Shown in pieces: positions 1 to 10,533 of a stretch of 64,000 nt of DNA. The position numbers were made by a program, and so were the translations under genes. The stretch covers positions 3,808,001-3,872,000 of the forward strand of contig CBDCTK010000002.1 in NCBI GenBank assembly GCA_965222225.1. The letters run 5' to 3'. This stretch comes from Candidatus Poribacteria bacterium. GTDB taxonomy: Bacteria; Poribacteria; WGA-4E; JAJDTR01. The notes under the pieces are model-generated. The model made no database searches. It was given only the letters and a program-made list of their open reading frames with translations, and was not told where the DNA came from. Within the stretch, counting starts at the first letter, position 1. The number at the start of each line of letters is the position of its first letter.

Positions 1-537
1 TGTGCGGTAATTGAACGGTTGGTTGCCGCCGGTGCCTGCGACGGTTTTAACCTGCCCCGACGGAAAATGCTCTGGCAGCTCTGGATACTCGATCGCTGGC
101 GTGAACACAACCTCGCCATTGAACCACAACTCGCGTCTCCAGACCTTCCGAAACTAGACGCTTGGGAGGAACTCGATTGGGAATACGCTGCTCAGGGGTG
201 TTCACCGCGCTCTCATCCAATGCAACTCATGCGAGCGAGGCTCAAGAACAACGTATGTCCGAGTGATAAATTGAAGGCACTGAGGGACGGTATCAGGATA
301 TGTGTGGCTGGGCTCGTGATCTGTTTGCAGCGGCCGCCTACCGCCAAGGGGTTCGCATTTCTAGTACTAGAGGACGAGAACGGCTTACTGAATGTAGTTA
401 TTACGCCACAGGTCTATCAACAGTATCGCTCAATCTTCAAACTTTCACCCTTCGTGTCTGTGCGCGGTTTTGTGCAACGTCGGGACGGAATAATTCATGT
501 GAAAGCCCGATCGTTTGAACGGTTGGTTTGGGACTAA
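1..537 (+). CDS. dnaE2: Error-prone DNA polymerase III alpha subunit, C-terminal part (OB fold); 5' truncated by window edge
   Basis: Frame open from base 1; 'AAGACDGF..RRKMLW', 'HPMQLMR' and 'VAGLVICLQRPPTAKGFAFLVLEDENG' match the DnaE2 C-terminus. Confidence 0.85.
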   Translation, partial: CAVIERLVAAGACDGFNLPRRKMLWQLWILDRWREHNLAIEPQLASPDLPKLDAWEELDWEYAAQGCSPRSHPMQLMRARLKNNVCPSDKLKALRDGIRICVAGLVICLQRPPTAKGFAFLVLEDENGLLNVVITPQVYQQYRSIFKLSPFVSVRGFVQRRDGIIHVKARSFERLVWD

Positions 538-752
538 TGCTGACTCTGTTGGCACAGAAAGGAATGCGTCGCGCTGCAGAAGTATTTTGGAAAGACGCCT
601 AATCAAAAGCTAGTTGAATGGCGTAAACGCAGCGGATAGGTTCGGGGCAATCGCAGCTGGCTTCGGCCAAGAAGAGAGTCCTCTACCTCGCTAGAAAACA
701 TGGATTAGAATTGGCATCGCGAGGGAAATCAATGGAAAGCGAGTTCGTTGAC

Positions 753-1673
753 TCAATGCACTGATTGGACGAGTCGTACCGTTGCCCCTGTTGCGTCAAT
801 AGGCAAAATCTTGACATCACAAGCAACTTGATGTCGGGCGAAAGCCCGAGACATCTTCTCGGCAACCTCATGCATCGCGGTTGTGCAATAGGCGGCAACC
901 GACGGTCCTGCTCCACTCAGCGCAACGCCAAACGCACCTGCCTGCGTTGCCGCTTCCGCGATTTCATCGTAACCGGGTATTAGCGGAATTCGGTAGGGCT
1001 GATGGAGTCGATCGTTCATCGCTTGTGATAACATCTCGAAGTTCCGCGTCGCAACGGCGGCGACCAGCAATGAACTACGACTCACATTAAAAACCGCATC
1101 GTTGAATTCGACCGATTTGGGCAAAAGCCGGCGTGCGTCCTTGGTTGACAGTGGGAAGTCCGGAATTGCCAGCACAACATGGAGATCCGTACCGCAATCC
1201 AACTTGAGCGTGTGGACGACATCCGAGTCCATTACGGAAACAACCAAACTCCCTAGCAGCGAGGCAGCTACATTATCGGGGTGCCCATCAATTTCGCACG
1301 CGAAATTGAGGAGTTCGGAGTTCGAGAATGGCTCTCCACAAAGCACGTTTGCCGTCAACAGACCGCCAAGGATGGCAGTCCCGCTACCTCCCAACCCACG
1401 GGTTGCCGGAATTCCGTTCGTTAGAGATAATCTAAGCCCTTTGGGTTGGTTTCCGCTGCGTTTGTAGATTAGTTCTGCCGCTTGGAAGCTGATATTTTCG
1501 CTAGTGCCGGGAATCTTGTCCGCGTCGATCCCGGATACAACAACTTCCTTGCCGCTTGCCGTTTCTTCTAACTCGACACTGCTATACAGTTGGAGCGCAA
1601 GCCCAAGCACGTCAAAGCCGGGGCCAAGGTTGGTCGTACTAGCAGGGATACGCGCAATCGCTTTACGAGACAT
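753..1673 (-). CDS. thrB: Homoserine kinase
   Basis: PASTTNLGPGFDVLG, GHMP motif PATRGLGGSG, DGHPDNVAAS, DRLHQPYR, LSGAGPS. Confidence 0.95.
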   Translation of the reverse strand: MSRKAIARIPASTTNLGPGFDVLGLALQLYSSVELEETASGKEVVVSGIDADKIPGTSENISFQAAELIYKRSGNQPKGLRLSLTNGIPATRGLGGSGTAILGGLLTANVLCGEPFSNSELLNFACEIDGHPDNVAASLLGSLVVSVMDSDVVHTLKLDCGTDLHVVLAIPDFPLSTKDARRLLPKSVEFNDAVFNVSRSSLLVAAVATRNFEMLSQAMNDRLHQPYRIPLIPGYDEIAEAATQAGAFGVALSGAGPSVAAYCTTAMHEVAEKMSRAFARHQVACDVKILPIDATGATVRLVQSVH

Positions 1674-1677
1674 ACAC

Positions 1678-2844
1678 CTAGGTTATTTTTGCAATCCCTG
1701 CTTCCATACGGTTTAGGGCTTCATGGATATTTTCCAAGGAGTTTGCGTACGAAAGTCGTAAATACCCGTCGCCGAACTTTCCGAACGCCGTTCCCGGCAA
1801 AAGCGCGACGCCAACTTCATTGAGCAGATGGTCGGCGAGATCGCGACAAGAAAGCGGGAGTTGCGTCACGTTAGGGAATACGTAAAACGCCCCGAGCGGC
1901 TTGCGACAACTGATTCCCTCAAGTGCGTTTAGACCGTCGACAATGGCGTCGCGACGAATCTTGAATTCGGCAGCCATATTCGCCACAAAGTCTTGTGGAC
2001 CTTTTAGGGCTTCAATACCCGCAATCTGAATAAACGTGGTTGTACAGGAAGTGGAGTTAATTGTCAACTGGGTGATCTTATCGGCTATGGGCTTAGGCGC
2101 GATGCCGTAGCCTAACCTCCAGCCGGTCATTGCGTAAGTCTTCGAGTGCCCTTCAATCATGATTGTTCGTTCTTTCATGCCGGGACGATTGATTACGCTG
2201 TCGTGTGTGCCTTCGTAGAGTAGGCGAGAATAGACTTCGTCGGTGAGGACGTAGAAATCGTGTTTGATTGCCAACTCCGCAATCGCGTCGAGATCTTCCT
2301 CTAAAAGGATCCCGCCCGTCGGGTTTTGGGGCGAATTGATAATTAGCAGTTTTGTCTTGTCTGAAATAGAACTAACGAGGTCATCAATACGAAAACGGAA
2401 ATCAACTTCCTCGCGGAGCGGGAGCGCGACGGGGGTGGCGCCAATGAAGTTGATAACGGACTCATAGATTGGAAATCCCGGCTCCGGATAGATGACTTCG
2501 TCGCCCTCGTCAACCAACGCCAAGATGGTGAAGAACATAATCGGTTTTGCACCGGGTGTCACCGTAACCTCGTCCGGATGAATCTCGACACCTCGAGTTT
2601 CCGAGATATGTTCTGCCACGACTTCGCGAAACTCCAGCAATCCCGCAGACGGACCGTAGCCCGTATGCCCATCCTTCATTGCCTTGAATGCTGCCTCACA
2701 GATGTTCATTGGTGTTATGAAGTCGGGCTGCCCAATCTCAAGGTGGATAATATCTCGTCCTTGGGCTTCAAGGGCTTTCGCTTTGGCGAGTACCTCGAAC
2801 GCCGACTCAGTCCCCAGACGGTCCATACGAGCCGCAAAATTCAT
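1678..2844 (-). CDS. PLP-dependent class I/II aminotransferase (aspartate aminotransferase-like)
   Basis: NSPQNPTG, DEVY, SKTYAMTGWRLG; ATG at 2844 after purine-rich RBS. Confidence 0.92.
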   Translation of the reverse strand: MNFAARMDRLGTESAFEVLAKAKALEAQGRDIIHLEIGQPDFITPMNICEAAFKAMKDGHTGYGPSAGLLEFREVVAEHISETRGVEIHPDEVTVTPGAKPIMFFTILALVDEGDEVIYPEPGFPIYESVINFIGATPVALPLREEVDFRFRIDDLVSSISDKTKLLIINSPQNPTGGILLEEDLDAIAELAIKHDFYVLTDEVYSRLLYEGTHDSVINRPGMKERTIMIEGHSKTYAMTGWRLGYGIAPKPIADKITQLTINSTSCTTTFIQIAGIEALKGPQDFVANMAAEFKIRRDAIVDGLNALEGISCRKPLGAFYVFPNVTQLPLSCRDLADHLLNEVGVALLPGTAFGKFGDGYLRLSYANSLENIHEALNRMEAGIAKIT

Positions 2845-2992
2845 TTGGTTGTCTTCCCCCTCACACAATTTATGAATGTAGGTCGTAGCCGCAATGACTC
2901 AGGTAACCATGACAGACTTGATCTCGCGGGCACGACAAACGCAGAGCCATCTCCGACTGTCCGTTTTCGTGGCGGTCAAATTCTGAAGAGGC

Positions 2993-4024
2993 TTACCTAT
3001 ACTGCATAACCAGGCCGTTGTTACCGGTAACCCAAGCTCTTTCGCCTCTTACGAAAATGTCCTTTACGGGGACTTTGGAAGCGTCGGGGTCACTTATATC
3101 TTGCTTTTCCCATGTTTTACCGCCATCCATGGTGTGAATGATTACGCTAACCCCGAAATCTCCACCAACTGCCCACCCCGCGGTGTCCCTGGCAAACTGG
3201 ACACTCAGAAGGTGTTCCTCTGTGCCGCTGCTCTGGCTCTCCCATGTATCTCCACCGTTGGTGGTGTGAAGAATGACGCCATTCTCCCCAACTGCCCAAC
3301 CTGTTGAAGCGTTAATAAAGAAAACGTCTTTCAGGATATCCTCAATGTGGGTTGGCTGGTCTACCCAATTTTGGCCGCCATCGACCGTTTTTTGGATTAA
3401 GCCATCTTGGCCTCCCGTACGCGGACTGAGCCTCACGCCTGCCACCCAGCCTGTGGAATTATCGGCAAAGTGAATCACATTGAAAACGCTTGTATCGTCT
3501 TCGCCGACTCCGCTGCCAGCTTCACCGCCGCGAAGAATCTTCCACGTATTGCCGCCATTCGTCGTTTGAAGAATGGTTTCGCCCATTCCGACTACGAAAC
3601 CGTTCGTCGGGCTCACAAAAAAGAGGCTGTAGAGGTCGTTACCAACCTTGCTAGTTTGAATGTCCCAGCGCTCACCGCCATCCTTGGTGGCGACAATCGT
3701 GCCCTCGGCGCCAATCGCCCAACCGTGTTTTTCGTCGTAAAAGTAGACAGCCGACAAATTCTTATTGACATCAACCTCGGCTTTCGACCATGTTCTGCCG
3801 CCGTCTTTCGTGTGACCGATGAACCCCGGGTAGTCCATGTCAAAGACAGAACTTCCAACTACCCATCCCTCTTTTGAACCAGTGAACGCGATCGAGAAGT
3901 AATCCCTTATTTCGGGGTCCTGCTTCTGCATCACACCCCACTCTCCCTCCGCGTAACAGAATCCGCAACTGATTACGAGCAATATAATGGCTCCGGTTTG
4001 AAGCCATCCCCGTTGGTGTATCAT
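2993..4024 (-). CDS. Secreted YCF48/BNR-repeat beta-propeller protein
   Basis: Signal peptide; repeated 'GWAVG..G.I..T.DGG.TW' units. Confidence 0.85.
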   Translation of the reverse strand: MIHQRGWLQTGAIILLVISCGFCYAEGEWGVMQKQDPEIRDYFSIAFTGSKEGWVVGSSVFDMDYPGFIGHTKDGGRTWSKAEVDVNKNLSAVYFYDEKHGWAIGAEGTIVATKDGGERWDIQTSKVGNDLYSLFFVSPTNGFVVGMGETILQTTNGGNTWKILRGGEAGSGVGEDDTSVFNVIHFADNSTGWVAGVRLSPRTGGQDGLIQKTVDGGQNWVDQPTHIEDILKDVFFINASTGWAVGENGVILHTTNGGDTWESQSSGTEEHLLSVQFARDTAGWAVGGDFGVSVIIHTMDGGKTWEKQDISDPDASKVPVKDIFVRGERAWVTGNNGLVMQYR

Positions 4025-4326
4025 TAGAATTTACCCCTTCCTTAATTTTTGCCTTAGTATAGCACTCATTCAAAAATAGTGTCAACGCAAAAAAACCTTA
4101 GTAGTAAGGCAATCGCGTCTGATATTGGGTGGAAGGATGGAAGCTGAGAAACGGGAACGATATGAAGGAAAGAATGGACGCGAATCACACAGTAGTAAGC
4201 TGCCCACCAACTTTTTTTCCCTTCTTAGGAGGAGATTTTCAATCATCAAATCGCAGAAGAGAGATTCGACAGTTGAGTGAAAGGGCGAAGGAGGATTTGA
4301 CGACTGTCAATCTCTGTCCCTTAATG

Positions 4327-5724
4327 CTATTTGGCGACGATTATCGTACCCGTTTTGAAGCTGTCACCGATCTGCATCTGGTATACATACACGCCGCTTT
4401 CAACGACCTCGCCGTCTTCGTCCTTACCGTCCCATTCCAATTCGTTGTCGTCGGGACCTCCTCTCAATTCCTTGACCATTGCTCCGTCAATATCGAAAAT
4501 CAGTACAAAGAATTCGCCCTCGGCCCCCTCAATCACACGGGCGGGGAACACAATGCGGTTGAAGGCGGAATTATCCGATAACGGCAGGAACGGATTCGGC
4601 GCGGGAGAATCAAGGATGCGATGTTGCTCAGCCTTCGACGGAGATTCGTTTCCCGCCTCGTCAATGGCTTCGACAGCATAGAAAAAGATACCGACTCCGA
4701 GTATACGATTGTCGGAAACCTCGTATTCTGTCCTGTCCGGGTCGGCAAGAATTTCTCCGTTGATTAGCGGGGTTAACTGATTAATCGACGAACCGAAAGA
4801 AACCCGATATCTTGTCACGTCAAGGCTTGGACTACGAGACCATGTTACTTTGATTGCATTGCCGGCGCTAACAAGATTCAACCTTGCAGGCGGTTGGGGG
4901 GCAGCGGTATCGGGACGAACGGTGATGTTGTTATTTCTTGAGCGGTCAGATCGTAACAGTGGAGTCTTATATGCCTCGATAGCATACGCGTGGAGACCGG
5001 GTGAAACATCAATATCGCGGAAAACAGTTGACAACCGATCGTCAATATTGATTAACAGCTCGTTGTCACGATAAATAAAGTATCCAATCACATCAAGGTC
5101 TTCCGATTCTCTCCAGTTGGCAATAACATCATTCTCCCCTGGTGCATCTCTTTTAACGGTAAGTCCTTGGACGGCGGCGGGCGGTACATTGGGAATGACT
5201 TCGAGGGTAAAATCATCATTATTCACCTTTCCGTCAGCTTGTCCCGGTTTAATGAACTCCCCGATAGGGTGATCCGCCGGGTTTCTCAACCGCGCCTTGA
5301 AAGTCACCGTTTGGGTGACCGGACTGGGTGTCTGGCAATCAAAGGCAATTTGATATACAGAGTTACTAAAATCGGCAATCGGCGTACCGAAAACAATCCG
5401 CAGGGAATTCCCGCTGAATTCGGCAGTTACAGTCTGTCGCTCTCCATCGCGCAGAATCCACCGAATATCGGCTGTTTCAGCGATAAATTCGTTTGGCAGT
5501 AAAATGTCGATAGTCCGAATTTCCTCTCCCGGCTCCGCCTGAGATCGATCAATGATCATCGTCACTATCAGCGCCACGGTTGAATTTGCAACCACGACCC
5601 CCTGATCGTCGCCCACGACGTTGATTTCACCCACCGAGGTGACTGCGGAATTGCCACTTGTCACGGCTATGAGCATTAGAATTGGGATGAGGCGGGTGAA
5701 GGATTCTCGCTGTGTCTTCGTCAT
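4327..5724 (-). CDS. Secreted fibronectin type III protein with FlgD-Ig/T9SS-like C-terminal domain
   Basis: Signal peptide; FN3-like 'W..S...DV.GY.IYR' and 'YAVEAIDEAGNES'; terminal 'PNPF...WDGKDEDGEVVESGVYVY...GTIIVAK'. Confidence 0.75.
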   Translation of the reverse strand: MTKTQRESFTRLIPILMLIAVTSGNSAVTSVGEINVVGDDQGVVVANSTVALIVTMIIDRSQAEPGEEIRTIDILLPNEFIAETADIRWILRDGERQTVTAEFSGNSLRIVFGTPIADFSNSVYQIAFDCQTPSPVTQTVTFKARLRNPADHPIGEFIKPGQADGKVNNDDFTLEVIPNVPPAAVQGLTVKRDAPGENDVIANWRESEDLDVIGYFIYRDNELLINIDDRLSTVFRDIDVSPGLHAYAIEAYKTPLLRSDRSRNNNITVRPDTAAPQPPARLNLVSAGNAIKVTWSRSPSLDVTRYRVSFGSSINQLTPLINGEILADPDRTEYEVSDNRILGVGIFFYAVEAIDEAGNESPSKAEQHRILDSPAPNPFLPLSDNSAFNRIVFPARVIEGAEGEFFVLIFDIDGAMVKELRGGPDDNELEWDGKDEDGEVVESGVYVYQMQIGDSFKTGTIIVAK

Positions 5725-5820
5725 TTATTTCCCCTTGATAACTATACGAGATTAGAGATTGCCGAAAAACCAAACCTAAAAACCAACCGTAAACCCCTCA
5801 TGATTGTGCATTCTTCTCTG

Positions 5821-6768
5821 TCAAAATATCAGGTTGAATGAAACGCGCTGTGTCGTATTGTCCTCAAGGTGGCCCGTGAGAATTTGAAACGCATAATCAA
5901 GTTGCACGTAAGTTGCAATTTTCACACTTCCACCCAGAGCGAGAGTCGTCGCGCTGTTGATGGTGTTCTTGATGCCATAGCCAGCGCGAACGGCGACGGA
6001 TTTGTTTAACCATACTTCCGCGCCGGCGCGAACGTGATTTTCACCGTTCCGAATCTCTACTTCAACAAGCCCTAGCCCCGACCTCAAAATCTCACGCAGA
6101 GATTCCTGCTGAGTGTTATCGGCTATCCCCGCAAGGTTGTATGCGAGACCGATTCGGAAACTGACGGGAACACTATCCGCATTGGTCGAATCAAAAACGC
6201 TCACATCCGCGGGCACTAGGTTTTCCGCTGACAAACCGAGACTTAAACCTGCCGACGATTTTACGATGACACCCACATCCGCGGAGAAAGCGGAGGCAGA
6301 TGTGCCGCTTCCCGCAGACAGTTGTCTCACGAATTCTTCATACTCGTCAAAGTTGATTCCGAAAGACTTCAGGTTCAAGCCTATCGCGAATTTTTCGGTA
6401 AAAGCCTTCCCGTAGGAGAATTGCAGAGTCCGTTCAGTATAAATTTCCGAGTTCTCACTCAGAATTCCGATACTTGCTCCCAGCGTACCCGCGCCGCCGA
6501 GTGGTAGGACACTACCGAAATACTGGTAATTTATCAGCCCCTGGAACCGTTGGGCTAACGTTGCGTTGACGTAGGTTTTGTCAATGAAACCTAACCCCGC
6601 AGCGTTATAATTCGCCGCACTGCCATCATCCGCAAGTGCAACAAACGCTCCTCCCAGTCCGAGAGGACGGGCACCCACTCCAATGTCTCGGAATGCACCA
6701 AGAGCGGTCGACGTGTAGGTGCAGGCGATCAAGCCAACTGCACAGACGACAACTTTCAAATTCGCCAT
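5821..6768 (-). CDS. PorV/PorQ-family outer-membrane beta-barrel
   Basis: GVGARPLGLGGAFVALADDGSAANYNAAGL N-terminal motif; alternating beta-strands; terminal Phe. Confidence 0.8.
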   Translation of the reverse strand: MANLKVVVCAVGLIACTYTSTALGAFRDIGVGARPLGLGGAFVALADDGSAANYNAAGLGFIDKTYVNATLAQRFQGLINYQYFGSVLPLGGAGTLGASIGILSENSEIYTERTLQFSYGKAFTEKFAIGLNLKSFGINFDEYEEFVRQLSAGSGTSASAFSADVGVIVKSSAGLSLGLSAENLVPADVSVFDSTNADSVPVSFRIGLAYNLAGIADNTQQESLREILRSGLGLVEVEIRNGENHVRAGAEVWLNKSVAVRAGYGIKNTINSATTLALGGSVKIATYVQLDYAFQILTGHLEDNTTQRVSFNLIF

Positions 6769-6892
6769 GTCTTGCTCCTTAACTGAGGTTCAACGTATTT
6801 CTATACGCGACTATGTTGCGTGGATATCCTAAATCTTCACAGATTGTGGCGTGGCGTCTCCCACAATCTCGTGCGGAAATCGTAACTGATGA

Positions 6893-7579
6893 TTATGCGT
6901 TCGCTCCGGTCATCGGCACAAAACGGACTCCGGTGATTACTGTCTGTTTGATTCCCCGTTCCGTCTTTCGAACCAGGACAAGCTCTTGATTCAAAGTACC
7001 AATCGGGAGTACTAACCTGCCGCCGATTGCAAGTTGATTGATGAGCCGATGCGGAACTTCCTTTGGTGCCGCTGCCACAAGAATCCCGTCGTAGGGTGCG
7101 TGCTCTTGCCATCCGTAGTAGCCATTGCCAATCTTCAGATGAATATTCTGATAACCAAACGTGTTGAGACGCTGTTGCGCATCTTTCGCGAGATTCTCTA
7201 TGATTTCTACGGTGTAAACCTGCTCAACGATTTCCGCTAACACAGCAGTTTGATAGCCGCAACCGGTGCCGATTTCGAGCACTTTGAAAGCCGGCTGCAG
7301 TTCGAGAAGCTCTGTCATCTGAGCAACGATGTAAGGTTGAGAAATGGTCTGGTTGTCAGCAATCGGCAAGGCATGATCGGCATAAGCCTCGCTCAGAAAC
7401 GATGGCTCAACAAACCGATGTCGAGGAACCTTGCTCATCACCTCCAACACGCGTGGATTGGCAACTCCACGATCGTGAATCTGCTTACGAACCATCTTGT
7501 GCCTTAATTTGGCATAGTTATTCTCTGCGACGTGAGGCGTGTTCCGGGACTTTCGGACATTGAAGCGCATTGTCATCAC
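6893..7579 (-). CDS. pcm: Protein-L-isoaspartate(D-aspartate) O-methyltransferase
   Basis: VPRHRFV, QTISQPYIVA, VLEIGTGCGYQTA, APYDGILV, VRFVPM; exact start uncertain. Confidence 0.95.
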   Translation of the reverse strand: MMTMRFNVRKSRNTPHVAENNYAKLRHKMVRKQIHDRGVANPRVLEVMSKVPRHRFVEPSFLSEAYADHALPIADNQTISQPYIVAQMTELLELQPAFKVLEIGTGCGYQTAVLAEIVEQVYTVEIIENLAKDAQQRLNTFGYQNIHLKIGNGYYGWQEHAPYDGILVAAAPKEVPHRLINQLAIGGRLVLPIGTLNQELVLVRKTERGIKQTVITGVRFVPMTGANA

Positions 7580-7735
7580 CTCGGGACTTACGCACTTCGG
7601 TTTGCAGTAGATTGTCGATTTACCCCTGCTATGGAATCTTCTCGGCGATTTGATGGTCGAAGATCGCTCCTACAACAGAAGATCTCATCTTTGATTGCCC
7701 AGAGATGGCTTTGCCGATCATTGTTTAGACAATCT

Positions 7736-10075
7736 CTAATCATTGACCTCTATTGCGTAGGGCGTCAAGAGGAAGGTCCGGTGTCCTTGCAGTAGGCCCA
7801 AAAGAGATCTGCGCTGTCTGCCATCGGAACTGCTAACCAATGTCTTTGCGGAGTTGTAAGCCGTGATCCATCGGGTAAGCCAATTTTCGCGCGGTAATCG
7901 GACAAGTTCAACCTCTCGTTTTTCTAATCCGGCTTTCTTCCGTGCGACCGAGAGTGCGAGATTCAGCCCGCCCAGTTCATCAACGAGTCCATTTTCCAGC
8001 GCTTGTTTGCCTGTCCAAATACGACCTCTGGCAATATGATCGACCTCCTCCTTTGTCATGTCTCGAGCCACCGCCACTTTCATGACGAAGTCGTCGTAAA
8101 TCTCGGCAATCTGCTGGCGAACAATGGTGCGTTCCTCCGGCGGATAGTCTCCGTAGTCCGTGTAGAAATCGGCGTGCTTTCCGCGCTTGATGATTTCCTT
8201 GTGAACGCCAATCTTGTCGTACAAACCTTTGAGGCTGTATTTCCCGCCAATAACGCCGATCGAGCCGGTGATTGTTCCTGGCTCGGCAATGATAACATGC
8301 GCTGGGACAGCGATATAATAGCCGCCCGATCCGGCCACATCACCCATTGAGACAATTAACGGTTTAGCCTCTTTCAGGTGCGTCAATTCCCGCCAGATAA
8401 TGTCCGCTGCGATGACCAACCCTCCGCCGCTGTCAATCCGCAAAACAACCGCCTTGATTGAAGGATCTTCACGCACGGATCGAATTGCACGCGCAATTGT
8501 GGAGGAACCCATGGCATGGGTTCCCGTGAACGGATCCGAAAAACTATCGCCGGTAACCATCGTTCCGTGGGCTTCAATGATTGCGATCTTGGGCAATGGG
8601 ACCTCCCAGTCGGGTTGGTATATCTCGGTGTTCAGATATGCCTTTGCTTTCACCAGTGAATACGTTTTGCCCGTCAATTTTTCTATTATGGCTTCCAACT
8701 CATCGCGATACACAAGCCGATCGACGACACCATTTTCAACCGCCTGCTTTGCCGTAAAGGGGCCCTGATCAATTTGTTCCTTTATTTGGTCTTGCGTTAA
8801 GTTTCGATCGGCGGCGATTGAGTCGCACACTTGACTGTACAGATCGTCCAGAATCGAGTTTTGGACTTCCCGGTGTGCATCGGACATGCGCTCCCGAGTA
8901 AAAAGATCCGATGCCGATTTGTAGTCGCCGATGTGTTCAAGATTCGCTCGGATGCCCAGCTTGTCCAGTGTTTCTTTGTAGAACGAACTCTCGGATCTCA
9001 GCCCAATTAACCGTACTTCTCCAGACGGATGAAGGATGATTTGGTCACACGCCGAGGCGACAATGTAACTCCCCGTGGAATAGTTGTGCGCATAGCAAAT
9101 CGTACGTTTGCCAGCTGCTTTGAAATTCATAACCGCGTCGCGAATCTCCTGCAACCGCCCAACGCCGTAGTCACTGCTCCCAATCCTGATGAGTGCCCCC
9201 GCGACGTCAGGATCGCGCTTTGCAATCCTCAGTGTTTTTGTGACATCGCGCATCTGAGTCTCAAGGAAGATTTTGCTTCGCATCCGAGGTTTGTTTTGAT
9301 CGACGTTGGAGAAGTGAATGTAGCCAAGGCCGTCTTGATGTTCCCGATTGTCATTGAAACGATTATAGGTTCCCAATCCTGTCTGACCTAACGTCAAACC
9401 GAAACGGATGTCGAAGGCACCATGCCTGTTTAGACTCGCTCGCACTAGCACTGCTTGCATCGGACGGAGTTCAACGGAGTAGTCAAGATCCACACCTTTG
9501 GCATTCTCCGTCTTGCGAGCGTCAAAGGAGAGGGTTACGCGCCAAGTCCTTGGTCGGATTGCCAATCCGAAATCATACGACCGATTTTTGTCGAGGAGCT
9601 TCGGTCGATTCAAATCTCTCGCAACAAAACCAAGCGAAAGAAATCGGCGACGCAACATCAGTCCGAGCGACAGGGAAGAGAACTTGTCGTAGCTTTCCTC
9701 ATCGGAATTTATCCAACTATAACCCGTTCCCCAATAAAGTGAGCCCCAGAGGCGGCTTCCGCTAGAAGCGGTATATCGAGTAAAATCAACATTTCTAGGG
9801 GCACCTGCGAGCTCTATGCCGAACCCCATATTTGGGCTGGAGATTAAGAAGGCATCATCCCCGCTTGAGGCGCCGCTGTAGGTGCGCAGGTAATATAAAC
9901 TGTACCCTCTGCTGACGGCAAGCCCCGCAGGATTGAAAACGGTTGCCAGCGAATCGTCACTCACGGCGACGGAATTAGAGGGAAGTGGTGTCTGTGTTTT
10001 GGGTGTGGCAGCTGCGAGGTGGGGGATAGCCAATATAAGAAGTGCGGCAATAATGACAGTTTTCGGACGACTCAA
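7736..10075 (-). CDS. sppA: Signal peptide peptidase SppA (two S49 domains) with N-terminal beta-barrel-like extension
   Basis: GDYKSA, VVLRIDSGGG, SMGDVAGSGGYY, TITGSIGV, GRIWTG; TTG start. Confidence 0.88.
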   Translation of the reverse strand: MSRPKTVIIAALLILAIPHLAAATPKTQTPLPSNSVAVSDDSLATVFNPAGLAVSRGYSLYYLRTYSGASSGDDAFLISSPNMGFGIELAGAPRNVDFTRYTASSGSRLWGSLYWGTGYSWINSDEESYDKFSSLSLGLMLRRRFLSLGFVARDLNRPKLLDKNRSYDFGLAIRPRTWRVTLSFDARKTENAKGVDLDYSVELRPMQAVLVRASLNRHGAFDIRFGLTLGQTGLGTYNRFNDNREHQDGLGYIHFSNVDQNKPRMRSKIFLETQMRDVTKTLRIAKRDPDVAGALIRIGSSDYGVGRLQEIRDAVMNFKAAGKRTICYAHNYSTGSYIVASACDQIILHPSGEVRLIGLRSESSFYKETLDKLGIRANLEHIGDYKSASDLFTRERMSDAHREVQNSILDDLYSQVCDSIAADRNLTQDQIKEQIDQGPFTAKQAVENGVVDRLVYRDELEAIIEKLTGKTYSLVKAKAYLNTEIYQPDWEVPLPKIAIIEAHGTMVTGDSFSDPFTGTHAMGSSTIARAIRSVREDPSIKAVVLRIDSGGGLVIAADIIWRELTHLKEAKPLIVSMGDVAGSGGYYIAVPAHVIIAEPGTITGSIGVIGGKYSLKGLYDKIGVHKEIIKRGKHADFYTDYGDYPPEERTIVRQQIAEIYDDFVMKVAVARDMTKEEVDHIARGRIWTGKQALENGLVDELGGLNLALSVARKKAGLEKREVELVRLPRENWLTRWITAYNSAKTLVSSSDGRQRRSLLGLLQGHRTFLLTPYAIEVND

Positions 10076-10533
10076 ATTCTTTCCTTCCTAATCAGGTCGT
10101 TTGCACAGCGGGCGGGCCCTTGCACTTAAAGTTACTACCCGATTAAACCCGTCGACGGAGACACCGTCCCGTGTGATGTGGCGCATGATTGACTTCTCGC
10201 GCATTATACCACCAAAGCCGGGTGTTAGCAATTCAAATTTCTTACGCATTCCCGTGAAATGCGCGCCGGATCGCCACATTAAGATGGGGGCCTTGCTATC
10301 ATCAAATTCGCGACTTCTTGTCTTTTGGGTTTCTCCTCTTTGGATCAACCTCGCGCCAATCTCACCATGCTCTTATTTCTACGGATTTTGCGCAGGGCAT
10401 GTCACCGCACATTGCAGAGCAGCTTGTTGATGTGCTAAAATTCATCAGGCATCGGTAATTCTGCTCTCCGGGGATAAATCGCTGATTCACCTAGCATTAA
10501 AACCTTCGACGGAACGGGACCTAGATTTGAGAA

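Noticed and set aside
10088-10430. Short overlapping ORFs between sppA and DUF3179
   Set aside because: No recognisable motifs; most likely a divergent promoter region.
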